Shown here: piece after piece, positions 1 to 8,535 of the stretch | How the letters are laid out: every line of letters starts with the position of its first letter | How positions within the stretch are numbered: the stretch's first letter is position 1 | Origin: an uncultured virus (IMG/VR IMGVR_UViG_3300048018_000259) | Lineage: Duplodnaviria; Heunggongvirae; Uroviricota; Caudoviricetes; Crassvirales | DNA length: 20,000 nucleotides | Virus record (IMG/VR): IMGVR_UViG_3300048018_000259 | Strand: one strand, 5' to 3' | Translations under genes and position numbers: made by a program | Notes under the pieces: generated by a model | Databases searched by the model: none | Told to the model about the DNA's origin: nothing | What the model saw: only the letters and a program-made list of their open reading frames with translations

Positions 1-1183
1 TTGTTTTAATTCGTAAGCTTTTGGAATCAGCACCGCTTATAGCTTTTACCTTAAGTCCATTTATAAACACATCTCCTTGAGTAGACCTAGCTTTAGTGCT
101 ACTTAAGTTTTTAGAACTGTTTACAACTTCCTTTACAGCATCCGCTTTTCCTTGCTCATAAAAATGAGCCGCGATCTTATCCACGTTGTCAGCCGCATAC
201 ATAGCTTTGTGATAACCTTTTGCATCAGTAACATTACCTTCAGCGTCTAGGAACTTCCCGACAAGGTTTTTAATGTTTGATTGGTTTTCTGCAACTTTAT
301 CACGATTTTGAATATTGTACTTATAGTTCTTTTCTCCAACCTTAATATCGAAACCTTCGAAATTGTCATTAAAAAGTTGTTTAGTACTTTCTTTAAATTG
401 TGCATGCTGTTGCTCCGCTTGTTCTTGCTGCTCGTTATATCGGTTAAAAAAGTCCATAGCTTTTTGTTGATCTTGAGTAACGCCCGGTCTCAACTTGATC
501 TCGTCGTAATACTTACTCTTGGTTTCTTCCAAATAGTTTTTGGCTTTTGCAACTTCTTCTTTAAACGCAATTTTCTTTTTGCGCATATCTTTTTCCTCAT
601 CAACATCTTCGTCATAAACAAAGTCTTCTAAGATGAGATCTATATCTTCGCCTTCTAAATAAGGCTTTTCTTTTTTGTAATATTCTTTTAACAATGTAAC
701 ATCATCCACTTTTGAATAGTCTGCATTTAGTCTAGCATAGTCCTCTATTGTCCCACCTGTATCTTCCATAAAAGAAACAAGCTTTTCAATATTTTTTGGC
801 AATTCCTTACCAAGAATTTTTTTGTCTTGCTTAGCTTTTTCAACTTCAGCTTTTACTTCTTCTACGTTATCTACTTTGACTTCTTTGATTGGAGAAAACC
901 CTTCAATATTCTCGTTGGGCTTTTGTACAGGTTCTCCCATCTTTGCGCTATCTCCGGATGGTTCTTCCACAGATACCTTCTCTGCTTCTCCGATTTGAAT
1001 GGCATCTTCTTTTTGTTTAGGTATTATTACTTTTTTAACGTCTGGCTCTAATTCAACTAAGGGTTCTTTAATATTAACCTTAACTGGCTCTTCGCTCACG
1101 TTTGTTAATTTTTTAGGAGTTTTCTTTTTAATTTTAAACTCACCTTCCTGTTTAACAGGTTCATTTGTTTTTGTTTCTGACAT
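1..1183 (-). CDS. Probable capsid scaffolding/head-assembly protein (partial, runs off the left edge)
   Basis: Not in the ORF track. Translated by hand from the ATG at 1183: MSETKTNEPVKQEGEFKIKK...LPKNIEKLVSFMEDTGGTIEDYARLNADYSK...HFYEQGKADAVKEVVNSSKN...LRIKT, with no stop seen down to position 1. It has a Glu/Lys-rich low-complexity N-terminus and a helical C-terminus, and lies directly downstream of the portal gene. The function is inferred from position and composition. Confidence 0.65.
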   Translation of the reverse strand, partial: MSETKTNEPVKQEGEFKIKKKTPKKLTNVSEEPVKVNIKEPLVELEPDVKKVIIPKQKEDAIQIGEAEKVSVEEPSGDSAKMGEPVQKPNENIEGFSPIKEVKVDNVEEVKAEVEKAKQDKKILGKELPKNIEKLVSFMEDTGGTIEDYARLNADYSKVDDVTLLKEYYKKEKPYLEGEDIDLILEDFVYDEDVDEEKDMRKKKIAFKEEVAKAKNYLEETKSKYYDEIKLRPGVTQDQQKAMDFFNRYNEQQEQAEQQHAQFKESTKQLFNDNFEGFDIKVGEKNYKYNIQNRDKVAENQSNIKNLVGKFLDAEGNVTDAKGYHKAMYAADNVDKIAAHFYEQGKADAVKEVVNSSKNLSSTKARSTQGDVFINGLKVKAISGADSKSLRIKT

Positions 1184-1213
1184 AATATAATATAATTAAA
1201 TAGTTGTTACTTT

Positions 1214-3601
1214 CTATATGAAAGCTTGCATGCCTTGTTCAGGCTGATTTTCAAAGTCTATTGGTAAGCCGTCATTTTTTCTTTGACTTATTAATTCACT
1301 TTGTTGTGTAGCTTCCATTTTGCTACGTTTATCTTTACGATCTTCAATTGCTCCTTCTTTTTGCTGGATTGTTTGAACATCTAATTGTTTAAGTTGCATA
1401 TCGTATTGGAATTTTGATTGCATTTTTTGCGCTTCTAATTGCGCTGCTATTTCCATACGTTGTATTTCCATTTGATTTTTTGATTGCTCAAATTGAACAT
1501 TAGCTCCCATTATAGCTTCTTGCTTTTGTACTTCAGCCATTGCTGTTTTTTCTGCAGTATCAGCTTGTGCTTGCCCTTGAGCTGCAATATTGGCTTGCTG
1601 GTTAGCTTGATCTTGTTTAGCTTTTGCTTTACGCTTTATTTTAAGCATTTGATTTGCTAGCTTAAGATTTTTTATTTGTCTTAAGTCTATAGCATCTTCC
1701 AAATTCAAACTACCTTGTTGTAATGAAACTTGAATATTTGCTTCAAGCTGTGCTAGCTCTTCGTCATCTGGCTCTAGTTCTAAGAATATGCCAAAGTCAT
1801 GCAGGTTTAAATTTATAACCTCGTCTAAAGTTTTTATATTAAACGTTGATATAGAATTTTGTAATGCACTTCTTGTGAGTGGAAATTCTAAAGCATCTGC
1901 TATTTTAAGAGCAATGTTTTCAGCTAGTTTAAGCGTTATATAAAGACTAGACTGATTAATATGCCTAGTAGCAACATTGGACGCATTAGCAGCCATCTTT
2001 TGCAGTCCTACGAGAGAATTTTTATCCATTGCCGTGCCGTCTCTTGCTTCGTTTAAACCCGTTACATCACGTATCATTTGTAAATAATATTGATACGTTT
2101 GTATAAGTGCTGCAATTTTAGCTTGACCGCTTGAACTATTAAGTTCTTGGATAGGTACTTTACCAGCATTCATATCACCGTCTTGTGTAAGTGATCTACC
2201 TACAATAGAACCTGTTTGGAAATACATATTAAGTGCTTCCGCAGGATTGTAGTTTGTGCCATTACCTAAATCAACTTCCGCAAGCCCGTCCATATCTAAG
2301 TATACACCGTCTGGTACCATACGAGATAAAACTTGCTGCAGCTTTAAATGAGTTAATTGAATCATATCAGCAAAACCAATACATTTGCTTACAATAGATT
2401 CAATTCTTCCTTTGTACATTCTAGGTGCACATATAGCATAATTCATTTCAACCTTAGTTGTATCTGCTACAGGCCTTGACATATTTTCTGCCAACTCCCA
2501 TTTAAGCATATCATTATTGCCTAATACTTTTGCCCCTGTATATAATACTTCAATAGATCTTGATACTCTTTCAAAATTATCATTTTCAGGTGGGTTAAAT
2601 GTATCTGGCTTTTCTAAAGCTTTCATTAACCCTTGTTCTGTTTGCTTTATTTTAAATACTTGATTATGATATGTTTTATATTCAAAGTATAAAACTTGTA
2701 CAGTATTTTTATCGTAATTACCCCATCCTGTTACATATTGACTGTTGCCTGGCATTTTTTGAATTCTTTCAAGCTCCTCTTCTGATATGTTAGGAAATTC
2801 TTTTTTAAGTTCAGGTATTGTTATAGACTTTACTTCGCCTACATAATATATGTCATCAAAGTTTGGATCTTCTGTATAAGAATAAACAGCATAAGCTGGA
2901 TCTACATAATCAACTGTTACACCTTCTGCAGTATTAAAGCCTGTTTTAGCAATAGCAATCCCTAGAACAGTTAAATCCATGTTTAATCTTTTCCTAGTAA
3001 GATCGTATTTGTTTTGAGCAAGTACAGACGATATAGCTTCTTCTTCTGCTATTTCAATTGATTGCTTGTAGCTTAGTTGCATATGAAGTTCAAGCTCTTC
3101 TTTAGACTCTGGTATTGTATCTATATTAGGTGTTTGGTATAAATCAATTCCTAATGTTTGTTTTAAACTATCTAAATACTCTTTAGCTACCATATCCTCA
3201 TAAAGCATAGAAGCATAATCTGTTCTTTTCTTTATTGATTGAGGATCTTGTGCATATGCTTTTATATCATAAGACTTAGATGAAATACCATTAACCACTA
3301 TATCTACAAATTTAGATAATATGGGCACAGGTTTCCAGTCTAAGTTTAAATAAGACAAATCGCCATTAATTGACAGCTCATCTTTATACTTTTGTATTGA
3401 TTGCTCTCCTCGAGCATATAATCTTAATTGGTGAAATTGATTCCAACTAGTTAAATATCTATTACCGTTAGTTCGACCTTGACCAAACCATTCGTATTCA
3501 ATAGCCTGCCCAACTTGCGTACCATATTCCAAACTTGCTTTTTCTGCGTCACTTACTACCTGACTTGGAAAAGCGCTGTTTGTGTTAGTATATATACTCA
3601 T
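1214..3601 (-). CDS. Portal protein
   Basis: 795 aa, directly after the large terminase (TAA-ATG abutting at 3602/3601). Portal-like features: LDWKPVPILSKFVDIVVNG near the N-terminus, IRDVTGLNEARDG, and a long Gln-rich coiled-coil C-terminus. Confidence 0.85.
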   Translation of the reverse strand: MSIYTNTNSAFPSQVVSDAEKASLEYGTQVGQAIEYEWFGQGRTNGNRYLTSWNQFHQLRLYARGEQSIQKYKDELSINGDLSYLNLDWKPVPILSKFVDIVVNGISSKSYDIKAYAQDPQSIKKRTDYASMLYEDMVAKEYLDSLKQTLGIDLYQTPNIDTIPESKEELELHMQLSYKQSIEIAEEEAISSVLAQNKYDLTRKRLNMDLTVLGIAIAKTGFNTAEGVTVDYVDPAYAVYSYTEDPNFDDIYYVGEVKSITIPELKKEFPNISEEELERIQKMPGNSQYVTGWGNYDKNTVQVLYFEYKTYHNQVFKIKQTEQGLMKALEKPDTFNPPENDNFERVSRSIEVLYTGAKVLGNNDMLKWELAENMSRPVADTTKVEMNYAICAPRMYKGRIESIVSKCIGFADMIQLTHLKLQQVLSRMVPDGVYLDMDGLAEVDLGNGTNYNPAEALNMYFQTGSIVGRSLTQDGDMNAGKVPIQELNSSSGQAKIAALIQTYQYYLQMIRDVTGLNEARDGTAMDKNSLVGLQKMAANASNVATRHINQSSLYITLKLAENIALKIADALEFPLTRSALQNSISTFNIKTLDEVINLNLHDFGIFLELEPDDEELAQLEANIQVSLQQGSLNLEDAIDLRQIKNLKLANQMLKIKRKAKAKQDQANQQANIAAQGQAQADTAEKTAMAEVQKQEAIMGANVQFEQSKNQMEIQRMEIAAQLEAQKMQSKFQYDMQLKQLDVQTIQQKEGAIEDRKDKRSKMEATQQSELISQRKNDGLPIDFENQPEQGMQAFI

Positions 3602-5815
3602 TTAACTTATTATTTTTGATATTGAACCTTTGTTGTCGTATTTTTTAATTCCTAAATCAACTGGCAATGGCCTTTCTCTTTTAGGACCTGGCGTGTATCT
3701 ATGTTTGTTACATGCCATTAATGCTAAGCCGGAGCTTATAGATGCATCGTGTTTTGTTCTATTATTAATATTAAACTTTGCCCAATCTTCTAATGTTCTT
3801 TGAAAGTATACGTCGCCGTATCCTGTTTCTTTTAGCCCTACAAATTCATTTATATATGTTTCTATAGCGGCTGCGTGAGCTTGTTTTATATCTTCACTTG
3901 AGTTTGGTATACCACCTAACTCTCTTTCTGTTACTGATAATTTGTTATATTTTCTATCCGGTCTATTAATTGAATAGCCTCTATAGCCTCTTCGTTTGAA
4001 ATGATATAACAATCTTGGTTTGTTATTTTCTGCTAGTATGGGCATTCCGTAAAAAACACATGCCATAAGCACATCTTCAAAAAATATTTCAGCTGTTTGT
4101 GGTCTAGCTATATATTCTAAAAAGAAATGATTAGGAGGCACATCTTCCATGCTAAACTTCGTTAAACCGTGAAGAGCGCCTTTCGACCCCCTACCGTCCA
4201 CAGTGCCTGATATATCATATGGATCACAACCAAATGCTCCACAATGCTCATTGCCAGGATAATTAGTACCATTTTTTATATATCTTTTATTTTGCAAGTT
4301 TGCCGGCGGAACCCAAGTTACTAAAAATCTACCATCATTATTTGGAACAAATATTACTTTAGTATCTTTTTCTCCGTGCTCCCATTGAAAACTTCCTCTT
4401 GTTACGTTGATTGAGTTTTTAAGATCTTCATTAAAATCTATTTGTTGATATATCTTAGTTAGATTAAATAAGGATTGTTTTGATTCATCTCTAAATGCGT
4501 GCTTAGTTGTACGCGGAAATTGTCTGTAAAATTCATTTAAACTATCTTGATCTGATTTTAAACCTTCTACTTCATTTTCCCAGTACTCTATTACGCCTTG
4601 TGTTATTTTTGTTCCGTGTGGATCTGTAACTTCTTTTTTTGGTGTGTTGAATACAGGTAAGCCATAAGAATCAATGTATCCTTCGTAGTTCCATTCCATA
4701 GGTATGAACAAAGAATAGAGTCCTGAGCGAGTCTGTCCGTTGGCGTTTCTTTGTGTAACATCTGAATCATTATAAAGCTTTTTAAAATTATCGCCGCCTT
4801 TATCTAATGAGTTTGACGTTGATCCCATCATACATTTACCTATTACTCTACTACCTAATCTAAGGGTGGTTTTCGTAACACGCCAGTTGTTGAGGATGTT
4901 GTTGGGCCTTTCCCATTTCCCCGATTCATCGTGGACGAGGAGTTTGAGTTTCTCCCCATCATAGGCGTTGTCGCCGGTGTTCTTCCAGTCGATGGTGGTG
5001 TCCAAACCGGTAATTTCTTGTATTTTTTCGTTGGCTTCAAGCTTTCTACGGGTAAATTTGGAGGCAGGGACTCTGTAGGCGAGCTCGGTCTTTGGCCTGT
5101 CCATACCGTCCTGGATCGGTTTGAAAAAGAAGGGATAGTTGACGGAAATAGGTACGACCTTATCTGTGAACATCTTTTTAGCATCGGCACCAGATTTGGA
5201 CAATATGCCAAACCGTGAATCCGTTGATATTGTAGCAAGGTTGACCGATTCAGCTGAGGACATAAATGAAAATCCGCTTCGACGGTTTTTAAGATAACAC
5301 ATTCCATATGACCTGGTATCGGATTTGCATGCCTCCCAAAATATGTAGAATAATCTATTCGATTCCCTAAAGTCTGGTTGCCCGACGTCAATCTTACTCC
5401 ACTGCAAGTACATATAATAAGTGCCAGTAATGTAAGTAGGAATACCTTTGCTAATGAACCAAAAGCCTTCTTCACGTCGTATAAATTCTTCATCAATATA
5501 GTCATACCATTTTTCTTTAAAATCTAACGGGTATTCTTCCCAGTCAAATACAGATTTAATTTTTTTTAATTCTTTTGGGTATTCAGAATAAGTCCATTTA
5601 TCATTTTCAAATTCAACTACATTAGCTTTTTTAGGCAAAGCTATTTTTAAGTTTTGTATTTCGTATATTTCTCCTATCTCACCTGTTTTACTTATAACGA
5701 CAAGATCGTGCTCTTCGTTATAGCCATATTCCCATTTTTTATACCTATTCATTCTTTTAAGAACTTGAGGCTTTACATGGTCTTTTAATACTTTATATAA
5801 AGTTTGTTCGTACAT
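3602..5815 (-). CDS. terL: Terminase large subunit
   Basis: 737 aa. Walker A-like LKNRRSGFS, Walker B LLVHDESGKW, coupling motif MMGSTSN, and RNase H-like nuclease acidic motifs FGCDPYD and HDASISSGLAL. Adjacent to the portal gene. Confidence 0.92.
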   Translation of the reverse strand: MYEQTLYKVLKDHVKPQVLKRMNRYKKWEYGYNEEHDLVVISKTGEIGEIYEIQNLKIALPKKANVVEFENDKWTYSEYPKELKKIKSVFDWEEYPLDFKEKWYDYIDEEFIRREEGFWFISKGIPTYITGTYYMYLQWSKIDVGQPDFRESNRLFYIFWEACKSDTRSYGMCYLKNRRSGFSFMSSAESVNLATISTDSRFGILSKSGADAKKMFTDKVVPISVNYPFFFKPIQDGMDRPKTELAYRVPASKFTRRKLEANEKIQEITGLDTTIDWKNTGDNAYDGEKLKLLVHDESGKWERPNNILNNWRVTKTTLRLGSRVIGKCMMGSTSNSLDKGGDNFKKLYNDSDVTQRNANGQTRSGLYSLFIPMEWNYEGYIDSYGLPVFNTPKKEVTDPHGTKITQGVIEYWENEVEGLKSDQDSLNEFYRQFPRTTKHAFRDESKQSLFNLTKIYQQIDFNEDLKNSINVTRGSFQWEHGEKDTKVIFVPNNDGRFLVTWVPPANLQNKRYIKNGTNYPGNEHCGAFGCDPYDISGTVDGRGSKGALHGLTKFSMEDVPPNHFFLEYIARPQTAEIFFEDVLMACVFYGMPILAENNKPRLLYHFKRRGYRGYSINRPDRKYNKLSVTERELGGIPNSSEDIKQAHAAAIETYINEFVGLKETGYGDVYFQRTLEDWAKFNINNRTKHDASISSGLALMACNKHRYTPGPKRERPLPVDLGIKKYDNKGSISKIIS
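4855..5505 (-). CDS. Candidate overprinted membrane/lipoprotein nested in the +1 frame of terL
   Basis: 216-codon ORF on the same strand as terL. N-terminus KK...VFLLTLLALIICTCSG resembles a signal peptide or TM helix ending in Cys, and the C-terminus is Pro/Thr/Ser-rich. It coincides with a GC-rich, C3-biased stretch of terL that ends at this ORF's stop codon. An alternative start is the Met at 5493. Confidence 0.55.
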   Translation of the reverse strand: MTILMKNLYDVKKAFGSLAKVFLLTLLALIICTCSGVRLTSGNQTLGNRIDYSTYFGRHANPIPGHMECVILKTVEADFHLCPQLNRSTLLQYQRIHGLAYCPNLVPMLKRCSQIRSYLFPSTIPSFSNRSRTVWTGQRPSSPTESLPPNLPVESLKPTKKYKKLPVWTPPSTGRTPATTPMMGRNSNSSSTMNRGNGKGPTTSSTTGVLRKPPLD

Positions 5816-6090
5816 TACTTAGATCTACCTTCAGCAAAACCTCTAAAAGACTTTTCTTCTTTTATTTCTTTAGGCTTTTCATTTAACAAATCTTCTTCAG
5901 CTTCAATGCGATTAAGTATTTCAAAGCAATCAAATATTGCTAGCTTTTTTGTGGCTGCAGCATTTTTAAGTCTATCTGCTGATATGTCATCATCAGAATC
6001 AACAATAGGTTCTTTTGCTACCTTTATTAATTCTTCAACAGCTATTTGACCAGCTAGGATTATATTCTTCTTCGTTTCCTTTGTGTTCAT
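5815..6090 (-). CDS. Probable terminase small subunit
   Basis: 91 aa helical, charged protein immediately upstream of terL with a TAATG stop/start overlap at 5813-5817. The assignment is positional. Confidence 0.5.
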   Translation of the reverse strand: MNTKETKKNIILAGQIAVEELIKVAKEPIVDSDDDISADRLKNAAATKKLAIFDCFEILNRIEAEEDLLNEKPKEIKEEKSFRGFAEGRSK

Positions 6091-6640
6091 ACTTAATTAC
6101 AATATCATTTGATTTCATACAATATAAACGCTTACCTTCAATTAAAAATTCCCATTCACCATTAGGTTTGTAACCTACTAGGTCGCCTGGGTTAATATTA
6201 AGCGCTTTTAAGAAGCTATTGCCGTATTTTAATATACCAATAAGACTTTGCTCTTTTTCCAATGTTAAAGACTCTTTGTCTTTTATCGGTGTTATAAAAC
6301 ATCTGTCATTAAACGAATTCCAACCTGTTTTATTTTTATATAAATATATTTGGTCTGCAGCACAAAAATATAAGTTATCTTTAAACCAAGATCTACTTTT
6401 TTTCTTATCACCTTTCATATCATAAAATGTTCTAAACACATTTTGATGAATGACAATTGTATCGCCTGCTTTAATCCCTGTGCTAAAAGCTTTGGGGGTT
6501 TCTAAAACTTTAGCTAACCTATTTACAAATTTAAAATCTTCTATACCTGTGTTTACGATTAGCTGCTTGTTACCAACTTTAATTTTATTACTGTACTCAT
6601 CGCCTAGCGGTTCTACAATAAAGTCGTATATACTTTTCAA
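6035..6640 (-). CDS. Tandem (two-domain) GroES/Cpn10-like co-chaperonin
   Basis: 201 aa with two GroES-like halves: MKSIYDFIVEP...AKVLETP...IKAGDTIVIH and SFNDRCFITP...GILKYG...INPGDLVGYKPNGEWEFLIEGKRLYCMKSNDIVIK. These match the GroES pattern DRV-V...G-V...V-VGD-V...I-G--Y--M-E-DI. Confidence 0.65.
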   Translation of the reverse strand: MKSIYDFIVEPLGDEYSNKIKVGNKQLIVNTGIEDFKFVNRLAKVLETPKAFSTGIKAGDTIVIHQNVFRTFYDMKGDKKKSRSWFKDNLYFCAADQIYLYKNKTGWNSFNDRCFITPIKDKESLTLEKEQSLIGILKYGNSFLKALNINPGDLVGYKPNGEWEFLIEGKRLYCMKSNDIVIKYEHKGNEEEYNPSWSNSC

Positions 6641-6864
6641 TACTCCAAGTCATACTCAACAGAGATTGCCATGTTAGAATTAAACTTCTTCCATGGCATA
6701 ACCTCGTTGTTTTTTTTAATGTGAATATTATAAGAACCGTCAGATTCATTTAATAAAATATGCGATATTTCGTGCCCACCATAAACTTGCTGACCAACCG
6801 AGTAATGCATTGCATCATTTTTATAATCAGAACCTATACTGATTTTTCTTATATTATTCTGCAT
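6637..6864 (-). CDS. Hypothetical phage protein (small, beta-rich)
   Basis: 75 aa ORF in the co-oriented gene run, overlapping both neighbours. No motif recognised. Confidence 0.7.
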   Translation of the reverse strand: MQNNIRKISIGSDYKNDAMHYSVGQQVYGGHEISHILLNESDGSYNIHIKKNNEVMPWKKFNSNMAISVEYDLEY

Positions 6865-7117
6865 CTTCTTTTTCGATATCAGTATAAGAACCGTCGGTTA
6901 AGTCAATATTTATTTGACCGTACTCTTCTTCAAGCTCTTTTTTAGTATCTTCGATTTCTTTAGATAACTCAGTTATTTGACCGTGAACATTTTGTTTTTG
7001 AACATCTAGTACCCCTAAAGTTCTTAAGCCTTCAGTTAACTTTCCTTGCTGCTCTTGAAGCAATTTTAATTGCTCTTCGGTTATCATTGCTTTTACCATT
7101 TCTTTTACTTTACTCAT
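6854..7117 (-). CDS. Small coiled-coil hypothetical protein
   Basis: 87 aa. Heptad-like helical region followed by YGQINIDLTDGSY, with an A-rich upstream initiation region. Confidence 0.7.
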   Translation of the reverse strand: MSKVKEMVKAMITEEQLKLLQEQQGKLTEGLRTLGVLDVQKQNVHGQITELSKEIEDTKKELEEEYGQINIDLTDGSYTDIEKEDAE

Positions 7118-7140
7118 AATTTGATTTTATTTAATTGTTT

Positions 7141-7156
7141 ATATTAATATAGTTAC
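7141..7156 (-). promoter_or_regulatory. Putative phage promoter motif GTAACTATATTAATAT
   Basis: Intergenic, about 24 nt upstream of the ATG at 7117. Near-identical copies lie at 8504-8519 and 14409-14424. Confidence 0.4.
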
Positions 7157-7167
7157 TTATATATTAG

Positions 7168-7734
7168 TTATTTACATATAACTATGTCTGCGTCTGTTAT
7201 TGTTGTAAACCCTGTTATGTAATCTACTGCTATTGGCAATACACTTCCAGCTACTACTTTAAATTCTACACTTTGAGCAGCAATTGGAATTCCAGCATTT
7301 ACAGCCGTAATAGTAAACCTGCCATTTGCCCCGCCTGTTTGAACTACAGTAACTATATCCCCCACGTTATAGCCAGATCCCGCAGAATTTCCTATAACAG
7401 CAGTGTCAATAACACCACCGGTTTCAGTAATAGTTAATGTTAAGCCTTGAGCCATATTGTTAGAACACGTTGTTGGTAGATTTGCTAAAGCGGAATAACC
7501 AGTGCCTGCATTTAACTTGCTTAATGTACTTACAGAACTTAAGCTAGTACCAGCAGGTATAACATTTATTGAACCATTAACCCCGCACCATACAATAGAG
7601 CTATTTAATAAGGTTCCTAAATCACCTGTTTGATTTTCAAAAACCCAAGCTGGCTTACCGTCTGGAGTTCCTGTTTTACCTACAGCTCGCATTCCTTTGC
7701 CAAGCACTCCGGCATTAATTACATATTGTCCCAT
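7168..7734 (-). CDS. Putative virion structural protein
   Basis: 188 aa, Gly/Thr/Val-rich, with the AGTGYS and AGSGYNVGDIVTV motifs typical of beta-rich phage structural modules. Confidence 0.55.
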   Translation of the reverse strand: MGQYVINAGVLGKGMRAVGKTGTPDGKPAWVFENQTGDLGTLLNSSIVWCGVNGSINVIPAGTSLSSVSTLSKLNAGTGYSALANLPTTCSNNMAQGLTLTITETGGVIDTAVIGNSAGSGYNVGDIVTVVQTGGANGRFTITAVNAGIPIAAQSVEFKVVAGSVLPIAVDYITGFTTITDADIVICK

Positions 7735-7737
7735 TTT

Positions 7738-8136
7738 TTATTTATTACTTATTGATTTATACTTTTCAAAACCACGTGAGCCAAAATATGCTACATACAC
7801 GGTTGTTAATAATTGTTTTAATAATTCTATCCATTCCTGTTCTACAGTAAATGAAATTTCGTGATGACTATCAACCCATATAAAGGCTATAGCCATAAAC
7901 GATAAGAATATGAGCGCCATAGGGCGCGTGTTTTTACTAAGCCACGAATCGGATGTCATATCTGATTCCCAGCGTTTTGTTATTTGGTCTTCTGCATTAG
8001 CTGCGGCTTTTTCAACTATGACTTGAATTTCTTTTTTAATCTGAAGCTTTTCTTCGTCTGTAGTTGTAAGCTTGTCAATAACGTCACCAACATCTTTGAT
8101 AACGTTACCGCTTAGCCATTCCCAAATTTTTTTCAA
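7738..8136 (-). CDS. Holin, GTA 3TM-holin-like family
   Basis: 132 aa. Pattern: VIDKLTTTDEEKL...RWESDMTSDSWLSKNTRP, a hydrophobic helix (MALIFLSFMAIAFIWV), a second helix (LLTTVYVAYFGSRGFEK). The YFGxRxxEK ending is characteristic of this family. Confidence 0.75.
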   Translation of the reverse strand: MKKIWEWLSGNVIKDVGDVIDKLTTTDEEKLQIKKEIQVIVEKAAANAEDQITKRWESDMTSDSWLSKNTRPMALIFLSFMAIAFIWVDSHHEISFTVEQEWIELLKQLLTTVYVAYFGSRGFEKYKSISNK

Positions 8137-8139
8137 ATT

Positions 8140-8484
8140 TTATTCTTTTTTAGTAAGCTCAATTATTCCGTGAAAATCACCGCTGAATTCACAAATAATA
8201 GTTTTTTTGTTTTTTAATCTATACTTTATAATTACCTCATATCCATTTCTAGGATTATAACATTCAGTTGTAAATGTATAATCATCTTGATGTAAAATAG
8301 TTTCTTTAATATAGTTGTCAAATTTAAAGCTAAAATTAAACACCTGTAGCACAGCATAGTCGCTTGCTATAATAGTAGTTACATATGATGATGTGTCTGT
8401 AACCCATTCGCCCTCAAATTGCTTTTGTGCTTGAGTTGTTAAAAATGTTAATACGCTAAATAGTGTAATAAATAATTTTTTCAT
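8140..8484 (-). CDS. Secreted/periplasmic protein with Sec signal peptide
   Basis: MKKLFITLFSVLTFLTTQAQ is a classic signal peptide with cleavage before Gln, as is common in Bacteroidota. It is followed by FEGEW and alternating beta strands. Confidence 0.65.
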   Translation of the reverse strand: MKKLFITLFSVLTFLTTQAQKQFEGEWVTDTSSYVTTIIASDYAVLQVFNFSFKFDNYIKETILHQDDYTFTTECYNPRNGYEVIIKYRLKNKKTIICEFSGDFHGIIELTKKE

Positions 8485-8503
8485 AATATTAAATTTAAGT
8501 GTT

Positions 8504-8519
8504 ATATTAATATTATTAC
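8504..8519 (-). promoter_or_regulatory. Putative phage promoter motif GTAATAATATTAATAT
   Basis: Intergenic, about 20 nt upstream of the ATG at 8484. Matches the copy at 7141-7156 at 14 of 16 positions. Confidence 0.4.
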
Positions 8520-8535
8520 ATAAATTATTAATGTT

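Noticed and set aside
281..1190. Plus-strand ORFs 281..631, 827..1051 and 999..1190 with hydrophobic Phe/Leu-rich translations
   Set aside because: They are antisense shadows of the Lys/Glu-rich minus-strand gene at 1..1183. A-rich codons read as Phe/Leu on the opposite strand.
4931..5218. Plus-strand 95-aa ORF within the GC-rich part of terL
   Set aside because: It is antisense to all other genes, and the local GC rise reduces stop frequency. The same-strand +1 ORF explains the anomaly better.
4855..5505. Intron, intein or mobile insertion as the cause of the GC-rich block in terL
   Set aside because: The terL frame is uninterrupted and this block encodes the core Walker A/B motifs. There are no intein (C...HN) or homing endonuclease signatures.
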